DNA of 64,000 nt from Octopus sinensis (lineage: Eukaryota), in NCBI RefSeq assembly GCF_006345805.1, contig NC_043014.1:13392001-13456000 (forward strand), read 5' to 3'. Below are positions 25,589 through 37,558 of this stretch, piece by piece. The notes under the pieces are model-generated. The model ran no database searches and was not told where the DNA came from. It saw only the letters and a list, made by a program, of their open reading frames with translations. Positions within the stretch are counted from its first letter, which is position 1. Each line of letters opens with the position of its first letter. The position numbers and the translations under genes are program-made.

Positions 25589-28522
25589 GAGTAGTGAATC
25601 AAGTAAAACAAAGTGACAGCAAGTGATGATATAACAATCTTAAATATAGCTGACCTATTTATAACAGACTGCAATCTTTTGTTTATTATGGCATTATTAT
25701 TCCCACCCTTACAAAACCCAAATCATTATCGAGTTGGAAATGAAACCTCTATGTGGTTGCTTAACTTATTAGAAACAGCAAGTAAATTACCACTCAAGTG
25801 GCATACCTACATAAGAGTGCCTATCACTTCGACTTTGTTTCCTCATAACTTTTATAGGTGCAGCCATAGCCATGTGGTAAGAAGTTTGCTTCCCAACCAC
25901 ATGGTTCCAGGTTCAAGCCTACTGCGTGTTACCTTGGGCAAGTGTTTTCTACTATAGTCACAGGCTGACCAAAGCCTTGTGAGTGGATTTGGTAGACAGA
26001 AACTGAAAGACTGCCGTATATAATATGTATGTATCTATGTGTGTGTCTTTGTGTATGCGTTCCCCACCCACCTACCCATCACTTAACCGGCGATGGTTTG
26101 TTTACATCTCTATGACTTAGCAGTCTGACAAAAGAGGCCGATAGAATAAGTACCAGACTTAAAACATAGGTACTGGTGTCGATTTGTTCAACCAAACCTT
26201 TCAAGGCAGGTGCCCCAGCAAGGCCGCAGTCCAATGACTGAAACAAGTAAAATATTTTTAAAATGTATCGAAATACACACACACACACAAGGGCTACCAC
26301 ACAAATTCCATCTACCTGCAGCTATAGTAGAAGACACTTGCTCAAGGTGCCGCTAGTGGATCTGAACCCGAAACCAAGAGCTTCTTAACCACAGTATTGT
26401 CTATAAATAACTCAAATAAAACTTATTTACTATCTTTACAATTTGCTTAATATTTTGACATTACTTTGCTCTATGAATTTACTTCTTATAAATCCTATTT
26501 CAGAATATATATATATTACTGAAATAAGTCAGAAACCATGGTCCGGGAATTGAATTAGATGGTAAATGTTTTTATTTTTCATTCCCTTCGAGAATATATC
26601 CCTAATTAGTGGTTTGGAATTTAACTGTCCTTTCTAGCATAATGGATTCCTATGATGAAAGCCTCTTAATGTGTTTTAATGTACACTGTATCTTATATAA
26701 ATTATATATAAATAACACCACAGTACCCTCTATCACTGACTGAGAAAATCAGTTTGAAGAAACTAATGTTGGTCTCCTTTTGCGATATTCTTGAAGTTTG
26801 TATGCCGTGGAGAGAAAAAAACTATTTAAAAGGCAGCAAAGAGTAAGAGCTACCTTAAACATATTAGCTCTCTCTCCAAAACCCTTTGGCTCTAAAAGCC
26901 AGGACCCATGCCTCTCGTTCACAGAATATGAACGACCATATTTCAAATTTTATTTAATACCAGCTACTAAATTGTTGAAAAAGACTATTACAATGGGACG
27001 TGTGAAACGTAACGAGTACAGTATAGAACTTCATACAAAAGAAGAAAATAAGATTTTATATAGAAGCAGTACAGAACTAATGTTTTCTTTATTGCAGAGC
27101 AGAATTAATGAATGGGAGGCAAAAAGCAGTAACAAGAATGTTTACCAGATCTTATCTACCGATGCAGAATGAGAAGTTGTAAAAAAGTTTGACAAGTTTA
27201 TATATACGCTCTTTTCCTTTTTGACATTCAGGTCACTGAACTGGAGAGACCTAACTGATTCAAAGTCAAGATTGCATAAGTACCTTGGGATAAGATAAAA
27301 TGAGTTACTGGTTGAGACAATGAGAGGTGTGTGTGTGAAGAAGAATTAACAACGTATACATGCACCTTTTCATTAGTTTTTGTATGTCGATAAGAATAAG
27401 GTAGTATGATCTAAAGTTGCTATTAAACATAACCACAAGACATCTACTTGACAAAGATGAGGTTTATTATATCCAACTGAGTATTTCTACATCGTTACCG
27501 ATTCCAGATGAAAGGCAAACTGACGGTTTATTTATTTATTTTTACACCAAATTATTTTCTTCATAATCACATGCGAGTGTCAATGAGATATTTTGATTTT
27601 ACCTGTGTAATAATACGGCCACAAAACTTTTGTAAAGAGGGAATATAGTTGATTTAATAAACTTCTGTATTTGGATGGTACATCAACCCTGGAAAAGAGG
27701 AAAGCTAAGTCGGGTTGACCTCGGAGGGTAACATCCATAAGTATTCAACTGGCATTTATTTTATCGATCTCCAAAGAGAAAAAGTCAAGATTGACATCGG
27801 CGGGATTTATGTACTAATAATGGTTTCTCATATAATATTGACATAACTATACAAGGTATTCGTAGAAAATTTCATTAAAAAGAAATCAATTTTTCATTAA
27901 GTGAGGAAACAAAGTTCAGAGAGAGGTACACTTGTGTCAGTATACCGTAATATTATTAATTATAAATACTAATAATAAATGCGGCGAGTTGGCGGAATCG
28001 TTACTGCACCAGACAAAATGGTCAGTGGAATTTTGCCGCATTTTGTACTCCTTTAATGTTCTGAGTTCAAATTCCGCCGGTGTCGACTTTCGGGGTCCGA
28101 TAAAATAAGTACCAATTGAGCACTGAGGTCGAGGTCGATGAAATCGACATACCCACTTCCTCAAAATTGCTGGCCTTGTGCCAAAATTTGAAACCAATAT
28201 TAATAATAAAGGTTAATGAAGGGGGAAATGACTAGACTTCTCGAACAATTCTTACTCGGGTGGTCAGCGTATAGTGATTAAATGTGTCGAGAAAAAAAGA
28301 AAGGGTAAATACGGGTCGAAAGAAATATCTCCGAAGCGTAACTCCCAAAAGTATTGAAAGAAAAGCGATAGTGATGATAGTTTTAACGGCATGACAAGAG
28401 AAATTAGTCTGCGGCGATGGTGCTAGAATGATCGGAAACATGTATTAAAGATAAGATGTACACCACAATGTCAGTTTAAAGACAGATAGAGGTGTTCGCG
28501 TATAAAACCTAAGTGTACTTAC

Positions 28523-28610
28523 GTTCGGTTGTTAATCCAGAAAGAAAGCTTTCTGCTAGTAAGAACTGACAGTGGAAATGAATAACTAATGTCTATTTCA
28601 GTCAGAAGTG
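28523..28610 (-). other. CXXC1: Putative non-coding first exon of CXXC1
   Basis: AAC|gtaagta donor immediately downstream of the ETS-motif promoter; no ATG. The 5' boundary is approximate. Confidence 0.4.
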
Positions 28611-28611
28611 T

Positions 28612-28680
28612 GGCGTCGGTAAGGCAAACAGGAAGTAGATATTCGGGAGAGCGTCGTCGGTAAGGCAAACAGGAAGTACT
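28612..28680. promoter_or_regulatory. Probable CXXC1 promoter with two 24-bp direct repeats carrying AAACAGGAAGT (FOX:ETS-like)
   Basis: cgtcggtaaggcaaacaggaagta at 28614-28637 and 28655-28678, in a locally CpG-rich patch upstream of the minus-strand gene. Confidence 0.6.
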
Positions 28681-29076
28681 TTTAGTCCCACTTTGCACAT
28701 TGCTAATGCTTACTACCCACGATCAACGACGAGGGAGTCCCGTTACGCGGTTGCCTGACCTGCTTGAAACAGCAGCCAAATATCTATTAAATCACAGCCT
28801 AAAACAGTGGTCTACAACCTTTTATTTTGCACCACGGGCCGCTGGATTATTTACATATATAATACATTAGTGTCCATAAATTTGGTAATTTGAAAAATTT
28901 AGAGAAAAAATGAGGAATAAGGATAAATCGGTAGGGTTTATTGGAAAACAGGCAAACAAAAAAGATTTTTATTACAAACTTCAGAACACGTCCACCTCGG
29001 CTCCATTTGTTGCATGCAATAAATAGATACGATAAATTATGGAAGTTGTAAAAATAATTTATAGACAGTTTATATG

Positions 29077-29119
<43 letters not shown>

Positions 29120-29798
29120 TAAGCACACCCTGCATTACAGATACGAAGGCCCTTCAAGCAGTTTCTGTCCCTAATTTCACTCGCATGACTTGAGGTCACC
29201 TAGAGGCTAAGAGAGAAAGAGGAGACGTATTTCTTTATTGCCCACAAGGGGCTCAACACAGAGGGGACAAACAAGGACAGACAAAGAAATTAAGTCGATT
29301 ATATCGACCCCAGTGCGTAACTGGTACTTAATTTATCGACCCCCGAAAGGATGAAAGGCAAAGTTGACCTCGGCGGAATTTGAACTCAGAACGTAAAGAC
29401 AGACGAAACACCGCTAAGAATTTCGCCCGGCGTGCTAACGATTCTTGCCCGAAGTACCATACAGCGAGACCAAGCAAAGGAGAAGGTGCATGCGAAACGA
29501 ACTGAACTTCTTAACCATTCGGAAACACTGTCACCGAGCAGTTAAGGAATTCACTATACAATTACGTAGCCTAGATTCGATCCGACAGCGCTGCAGCTTG
29601 CTCAAATGCATATTACTATATCACCAAGTTGACAAAGTATCTTGTAGAGAACTTAGAAGGTGGAAATCGTTCATATATGTGTGTGTACAGCCGTGTTTTT
29701 ATGTGTTAAACACAACACCGCCGGTAAAAACCGGTGCTCGACAATTTTCGTTACAAGTCTAGCAACAATTGAAGTTGTTCTCGTTGATATCCGCAACA

Positions 29799-30397
29799 TT
29801 TTTCCGGCAGTTTACGGAAAATTTTATTTATTTATTACATATTTTTGTTTTCGACAATATCTTTTATGTGCGTGTGTGTGTATGTTCAGCGATCGGCGAT
29901 CTTTCGTCTCTAGTAGACCTTTCCGTCGATTTCCGTAAAAAATTTTTTTTTTTTACATATGGGCTTGCGGGAACTTTTGAAGTAATATACATACATATAC
30001 ACATACACCGAGTAAAAAATTTCAGTTATCTCTTTCTTTCACACATTACTCTGTCTCTTCACACACACTAACAGAAGCACTTCACTTACACAACATACTG
30101 TCTGTCTCCCACACCACCACACACGCACACACACACATGTACATCAATGCTTCCCATGCACGGTAACTTCAAAAGAACTTCCCTCGTCATAAAATTGCTT
30201 TCTCTTAGTCTCTTTCGCTCTCATTACTTCAAAAGTTCCCGCAAGCCCATATGTAAAAAAAAAAATTTTTTACGGAAATCGACGGAAAGGTCTACTAGAG
30301 ACGAAAGATTGCCCAGCAATTACCAGCACATGAAAGATTTTGCCGTAAACAAGAATATGTAATAAATAAATAAATTTCCCGTAAACTGTCGAGAAAA
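29799..30397. mobile_element. Long-TIR foldback/MITE-like element
   Basis: Inverted arms 29799-29986 and 30223-30397 around a spacer of about 236 bp. Confidence 0.65.
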
Positions 30398-30447
30398 TCA
30401 GCTTGTACAACTTTTGACAGTGGTCATACCAAAAGATTACCCGAGAG

Positions 30448-30717
30448 CAGTGGTTCTCAAAGTGGGCGGTACTGACCCCCTGGGGCGGTGGAAAGTTCCA
30501 AGGGGACATTGAAGAAAAGTGGGGCGATAATGGGGTAGCGATTCATGTAAAAACAACAAAATAATGGGTTCGTTAGGTTAAGTTTATTTGTGAAATACAG
30601 TTGCTTTGAATTTGCTTCAGAACGAGGTCTGTTTGTGATGGTTAGTTGGGGTGGAAGTGCTAGGAATGTGGCCTGGGTGTCAAGTGGGTGGCAACCCGAA
30701 AAAGTTTGGGAAACCAG
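30448..30717. mobile_element. hAT-type MITE (CAGTGGTTCTCAA end)
   Basis: cagtggttctcaaa at the left end and a decayed tttgggaaacca at the right end. Confidence 0.6.
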
Positions 30718-31149
30718 TAAAATAAAGGATGCGTGTACATTGCAGCATTGTAAACAGTGAGAGCATTGTATATTTAAGTGTCATGTTATCTTCTAGGTAG
30801 TGTTTTCAAGTCGTCCTACGAGCCCAGCTTATAATTAAAAAAAACAACCTTAGATCCTATCCTTGTTTTAATCAATTCTATCTTCACTAAGCCAGAACTG
30901 GCGTCACTGCTTGCCCAGTGATGTAGCTAGAGTATGTCGCACGGGGCAGGTTTTTGAGTTTGCTACCTACTGGGCCATCACAGCCTTTACTGTTTGTTGC
31001 CTACTGGGCGACCACAACATAAAAACATCCCCATAAAAAGCGTGACCCAGGCGGACTGCTCCGCTTCCATCGACTACACTATTGCTGCTGAAAAATTATA
31101 GAGACATTTGGTACTTCATTGACCAGATTTAGAGAAAGTTTGTCGTTTT

Positions 31150-31415
31150 TCTTTTGTTGCTTTTACTTAGCTTGACATGTTTTTTCAAGCACAGCAAACC
31201 GCCAGGAAACTCAGTCCCCTGTCATCCCCTCTGTGAGTCCCAACGTCTGTAGATCCTTTCTCACCACTTCGTCCCACATTTTCCTGGGTCTACCCTTTCC
31301 ACGTGTTCCTTCTACAATTAGAGATCGGCACCTCTTAATGCAACTGTCTTCATTCATACACATTACAAGGCCATACCAGCGCAGTCGTCTCTCTTGCACG
31401 CTACATCTGATGCTA
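31150..31415 (-). mobile_element. RTE-clade LINE ORF2 3' end
   Basis: RRLRWYG.V..M.ED..IKR....EG.RGKGRPRK.WDEVVRKDL...WRFAVLEKT.QAK* is a typical RTE C-terminus. Confidence 0.85.
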
Positions 31416-31829
31416 CGTATAAATCCCTTACAGTCTGTGTGTGTGTGTGTGTGTATTATCCTTTACTTGTTTCAGTCACTGAAATGTGGCCATGCTAGGG
31501 CATGACGTTAAAGGGTTTTAGTCGAACGAATCAATCCCAATACCTATTTTCAAATCTGGTACTTGTTCTATTGGTCTCTTTGGGCGAATTGCTAAGTTAC
31601 AGGGACTCAGACAAAGCAACACCAGTTTTCAAGCGATGTAGGGGACAAAGAACTCAAGCACACATACACAAATGTATGTACATATATATAATGTATGTGT
31701 GACTTGCTTCTTCAGGTTTCCGTCTACCAAATCTACTCACAAGGCTTTGGTTGGCCAAGACTATAATAGAAGATATTTACCCAAGGTGCTGTGCAGTGGG
31801 ACTGAATCCAAGATCATATGGTTGTGAAC

Positions 31830-33024
31830 AAAGGTGGGCACTATTAATTGAAAAGTTAACTTTGTTAACCGTTAACAAAAAAGTTAACTTCAATAACCTT
31901 TAATCAGTTAATTCTTTTAAAATGTAACAGAAGTTATCAATAACTGTCAACGTTAATTTTTATTACAGAAAAAAAAATCAGTTTTTGGTCTAAAACCACC
32001 TAAAACACCTCTAAAAGGTGCCAAAACTATAAAATCCGCCTTTTCTTGGTCTTTTTAAGGGCTTTAGAACCCAAAAACTATAGGTTTTTTTCGCTTTATG
32101 GTGGAGCAAAGAATGCAACTTTTGAAACTGGTAACCAAGAATTGATGTTTTGTTGTGAATTAGGGTTAAAAGAAAGGTGTATAAAGAACTTTGCAGCTAA
32201 ATACTCTTTTCAGGCTTTGCAAACCAATTGAAAATTTTTTTAATTACCATTTTTGCTTGAATTTTGGATGTTATGAAGTATAAGTCGTAACGAATGCATA
32301 TTTTTAGGCAGCAGAATGCAAAACAGTATATATAGTATCCTAATCTTTTTATTACCCACCAAGGGGTGAACATATATATAGTATCCTAAAGAGGTTCCAT
32401 ACAAACTTCCAATACAATTGACTAATATTTTGAGGTTCTGCTTTGACTATAAAGAAAACAGGAGTGTAACATTCTCTCCAATGCTGCTGCAATGGTCATT
32501 GCGTGTGGAGATACGTCCATACGTGTGTGAAGTTTTCTGCTTTGTACCTTGACTTAGGCCATTGTATTAAAATTAACGATCATGTTAAATTTAGTGTTGT
32601 TTACATTTAGTGATGACTCATAAACCAATAACGCATCATGATACTGAATGCCCAATATTTGGTACTCCATGTGATCTTAGCGAGCGAGTTTTGCCAACTT
32701 ACAAGGACGTACTAAAATGTGTTTTATTTGAATGAGAAAAAGAAAAGAAGGCAGTTAAGAAAAATCCTTCAAATAAACAAATTGTCAAGGTTGTAGCAGA
32801 AAATATAATCCTTCTTTGGCAAAAGACATCCATCCCTTGTGTTACGATTGGATCAGTTAAACCAAAAATCTTAAACTTTTATCTAAGTACCAAGCATTGA
32901 TAAAATCTGTGAAAAATACAAAAAAAATGTGCCATTGTTTCAAATAAAGTGTAATTATTTAAAAACAATGCAACAAAAGATTTATTTGACATTTCCTGTT
33001 GCAAGTGCAACTCCTTTAAAAACT

Positions 33025-33061
<37 letters not shown>

Positions 33062-33200
33062 AGACAAAAAAATACCACTGAGAGAACAAGATTTTTTTAC
33101 AGGATCAACAGACAAATTGAAAAATGATCATTGGTGGAATAGATCAAGCAGCATTTAAACAGAACATTCAAAGGTTGATTAGAAAGAATTGACCAGATCA
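31830..33200 (+). mobile_element. Degraded hAT-superfamily (hATm-like) transposon with a transposase N-terminal remnant
   Basis: 32646-33175 translates, with breaks, as LPTYKDVL..LLWQKTSIP..LFDISCCKC..C..KIPLREQDFLQDQ..MIIGGID. The left end has palindromic gttaac subterminal repeats. Confidence 0.6.
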
Positions 33201-33827
33201 CAGTCGGCCTTCTACATCAGAAAAGGATTCTGAACTGCTAATTATTTTTATTACCAAAATGTTTCAAGAATCAAAAATTGGTTTGCACATAATTTTATTT
33301 TAATGTAAGTGTAATCTAGACCTCATGTAACACATATATTCGGTGACCTAGTATTAAAAATTATAAAGAGAACAAAGTTGAAAAGTCTATTTATTTCACA
33401 TATAAATTTTAGAGCCTGAGATTTTAACACTTTTGTTTTTAAAGGATTTCGCAAAAGAAAATCGATTCATAACAATGAAAGTGAAAAAATAAAATGAGGA
33501 ACAGCAAACATTTTATAAATTGATTTTTCCCTCATTATTCAAAATTTCAAGTGTAAGTACTGAATTAAAATCTCCCACCAAACCTTAGTCACAATTTATG
33601 TTCCCAACACTAGCTTAATAATGACAAAGTTATTTTACTAAATTCTTTGTTATATTTAAAATTAATTGATTGAAACACAGAGCATCTCAAAATAAATACG
33701 GTAACGAAAGGGTTAAAGGATTTTGCAATAAAAAATATATTCTTGAAAATATATTTCAAAAATCTGTGTAAAATGTACCTTTTTCACTCCAGCCTAATAT
33801 ATATATTATTATAATTATTCAAGAATG

Positions 33828-33913
33828 TTGTTGACAGTGACTGCAAAGTTCTGACCAGCTAAGCAGTCAGTTGATAGCTTAACTGACCAAAACTTCAAAG
33901 TCACTGTCAACAA
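33828..33913 (-). other. Isolated 86-nt stem-loop (37-bp stem, 12-nt loop), pre-miRNA-like
   Basis: Arms 33828-33864 and 33877-33913. On the minus strand there is one true mismatch plus six G.U pairs. Confidence 0.45.
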
Positions 33914-34547
33914 AATTCTTACTCTTTTACTTGTTTCAGTCATATGACTGTGGTCATGCTGGAGCACCGCCTTTAGTCAACCAAATCGACCCCAGGACTT
34001 ATTCTTTGAAAGCCTAGTACTTATTCTATCGGTCTCTTTTGCCAAACCGCTAAGTTATGGGGACGTAAACACACCAGCATCAGTTGTCAAGCGACGTTGG
34101 GGGATACAAACACAGACACACAAACGTATACACACACACATACATATATATATGTACATATATACAACAGGCTTCTTTCAGTTTCTGTCGACCAAATCCA
34201 CTCACAAGGCTTTGGTCGGCCCGAGGCTATAGTAGAAGACACTTGCCCAAGGTGCCACGCAGTGGGACTGAACCCGGAACCATGTGGTTGGTAAGCAAGC
34301 TACTTACTACACAGCCACTCCTATGCCCAAGAATCATAAATATGTACTCTACAAGGGAATATTGGAAATGAATGACATTGCTTGTATGACAGAGATACTC
34401 ATTAACAACTATCATGTGAAATCAAGTCAAGGAAACACAAACAAACACACATACATACATATATATACAATAGGCTTCTTTCAGTTTCCGTCAACCAAAT
34501 CTATTCGCAAGGCTTTGATCAACCTGGGACAGTAGTACCGGTTGGAG

Positions 34548-34788
34548 TAGTGGTTCTCACCATTTTTTGTCTAAGGACCTCTTTGATTCCTATTTTACTC
34601 AGGTGGTAGGGACCCACATCGCTATTCAATGTCTGAAAAAAGCTCCTATTTCATTTCTATGACTGAATATTATTAGGAACTGTATACGAAAATGTTTAAA
34701 TATTTTGTGCATTGTAGAAATATAACCAGTTTATCACACATAAATTTTAACAGCAAAATCTTAACTGGGCCCTGGTTGAGAACCACTG
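34548..34788. mobile_element. hAT-type MITE
   Basis: Termini tagtggttctca and ttgagaaccactg. Confidence 0.65.
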
Positions 34789-35639
34789 ACGCAGAGGGAT
34801 TGAACCCAGAACTATGTGATTGGGAAACAAATTTTTACCATGCAGCCAGGCTGTGTATAAACTGTAGCAGCCTGCTTATCAACTATGGCCTAGAAATTTT
34901 TATCTATGTAACCAAAAATATCAAAGTCATAACTAATGAGAATTTGTAAGCTTATATCTTCTTAGTGTATCAGATCTTACAGGTGTGAAAAATATGATTC
35001 AGCAAAAGCTGTTACTTTTCAATGGGTTTTATTGGTACAGGTGAAGCGAGATAGATACAACCAGATATTAAAACTTGTTCAGAATCAGCCCACTGGAAGT
35101 TTACCCTCTATGTTGTTACAGGAAAAATTGGCCACAAATTTGTAAGAAAGAAGTATATTTCCATATATGAAATTCAGTCCAGTTTATTGGACTTAATTGT
35201 GTATGGATGTAGGCGTAGGAGTGGCTGTGTGGTAAGTAGCTTGCTTACCAACCACATGTTTCTGGGTTCAGTCTCACTGCGTGGCACCTTGGGCAAGTGT
35301 CTGCTACTATAGCCTTGGGTCGACCAAAGCCTTGAGTGGATTTGATAGACGGAAACTGAAAGAAGCCTGTCGTATATATGTATATATATATGTGGGTGTA
35401 TATGTTTGTGTCTGTGTTTGTCCTCCCAACATCGCTCAACAACCGATGCTGGTGTGTTTACGTCACCGTAACTTAGCGGTTCGGCAAAAGAGACTGATAG
35501 AGTAAGTACTAGGTTTACAAAGAATAAGTCCTGGGGTCGATTTGCTCGACTAAAGGCGGTGCTCCAGCATGGCCACAGTCAAATGTCTGAAACAAGTAAA
35601 AGAGTTGTATACAGAAGTGCCAATCACCTTAAGTGGATG

Positions 35640-36015
35640 GATCTTGTGGAAGAGGAAGACATGGGACAAAGTATTGCAGACTGATCTCAAGACACTGAGC
35701 CTTATGAAGGAGATGACTAAGAACTGAGATATCTAGCACCTTGCTGTTCGCAAGAAGACCTGCTTGCCACAGCAGAATTGATACCAGTGCTGGTGCCATG
35801 ATAACAGTACTGGTGTTGGTGCTACATAAAAAGGAGTCTGTACACTCTGTGGAATGGTTGGCATTGGGGAGGCCATCCAGTCGTAGAAACCATGTCAGAA
35901 CAGACGATGGAGCCTGGTGCAGCCCTGGCCTTACCAGCTCCAGTTAAATCGCTCGACACATGCCAGCATGGAAAACAGACGTTAAATGATGAAGATGATG
36001 GTGATGATGATGATG
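35640..36015 (+). mobile_element. RTE LINE 3' end (ORF remnant, 3' UTR and (GAT)n tail)
   Basis: KTWDKVLQTDLKTLSL..LAVRKKT followed by the family tail. Confidence 0.75.
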
Positions 36016-36654
36016 AATCCACACCATTTTATAACTGGCACTTTATCAACACTGGAGTGATGAAGGGTTTGCAGGATTTGGATTCAAAATGTAAAAGGCC
36101 ATAATTACATATCATAAAACATTAAATTTGACCTCTCTGCCAGACCATTCCAGCACTATATAAAGCTGTGGAGGCACATGGCTTAGTGGTTAAGGTGTTG
36201 GACTCATGATCATAAGATTGCGGTTTTGGTTCCTGGACCGAGTAATACACTGTGTTCTTGAGCAAAACACTTCATTACATGCAGCTCCAGTCCATTCAGC
36301 TAGCAAAAACGAGTAATCCCGTGATGAACCAGTGTCCCATCAGGGTGGGGGGCAGGGCAGAATATATATGTCACATGGAAACTAGGAAATGGGTGCTATG
36401 AATCTATATGACTTGGGAAGGATTTAAAGCAGTGTGAATTTGGTAGATGGAAGCTGAAAAGTATTCATGTATATAATTGATGATGACGAAGACGACGACG
36501 ATGATGATGATATACGTTCAAAATTTAATCCTCCCCTCCTGACTTATAACATATTTCTTCTGGTTAGGTTTAAGGCCAGATATTGTTTATGTGCAGGGCC
36601 TGGATGATGATCATCATCATCATCATCCTCATCATCAACATCTGATCTGCTGCC

Positions 36655-36945
36655 TCAACGATGACACGCCGTCGAGAGGTAGACGTCAGGCGTCAAAGAC
36701 GCAAAGAGCGAGTCACACTCCCTTCTTCCTCGCCAACCTTCCCCTGCGATAATTGCCCCCCCCACACACACACACACACATATACACAACACACTCCACG
36801 GTTCTTTGAAACAACCCTTGGCCTGAACAACCACGTCAGGCACCGGCATCATTTCACACCCATCAGGATAAGAAAGCCCGATCACTCGCTACACATTAAG
36901 TACTCAGATACGAGTTAATACCGCCGCCGCCATCGACGACGACGT
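36655..36945 (+). mobile_element. RTE-like LINE 3' end with a C2H2 zinc-finger remnant
   Basis: RRQRRKER...FPCDNC[CA-repeat]RFFETTLGLNNHVRHRH resembles the C-terminal finger of RTE/BovB-type ORF2. Confidence 0.55.
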
Positions 36946-37415
36946 CAGACAGATAAATAGATATTGAAATAGGTGCAGGCAAGTGATTTCAGGCTCAGTT
37001 GCACCTTGAGCAAGTCTCTTCTACCTATAGTCCACGGCCGACCAAAACTTCGTGAGTCGATTTTGGTAGAGAGAAACTGAAAGAAGCCCAACTCATGTGT
37101 ATCGACAGGCATATTACTTGTCTGAATATCCAGCACACATAAATCAACGCAAAAAAACCCGCTTAAATTCAAATTCTCTTCACCTTCGTTTGCAACAAAG
37201 AGATAATATAAAATAGATACCTCCCGTAGCAAGAATAAAAGAACGAGGCATGATGACGATAAACACAAGATCACTCTTTGTCCCTAGGTCTTCACAATAA
37301 TACTCTATGTAACCGTAACTGCAGGAACGTTCAACGTCGGAAAAGATATTTCTTTTTCGCTTTACTTATTTCGACTGCCGTGTCAAGTAGACCTTGTCCA
37401 ACGTGTTTCCTTTTA

Positions 37416-37558
37416 TAAGAATGTCCCAAAAGTTCGTAGAAAGTCTTGGAAAATAATGGTCTTTATTTTGAGGAATAATTTTTGTTGTTTTTGTTAGTAC
37501 TTGGCGAGTAAAAATTCAATTTTCGCAAGTGTTTACGAACTTTTGGGACAACCTAATA
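37416..37558. mobile_element. Mariner-derived MITE
   Basis: Termini tgtcccaaaagttcgta and tacgaacttttgggacaacctaata resemble the TIR of the 13.5-kb mariner. Confidence 0.6.

Noticed and set aside
26798-27172. 124-aa plus-strand ORF antisense within CXXC1 intron 1
   Set aside because: No true ATG context, no recognisable domain, and a length compatible with chance in AT-rich DNA.
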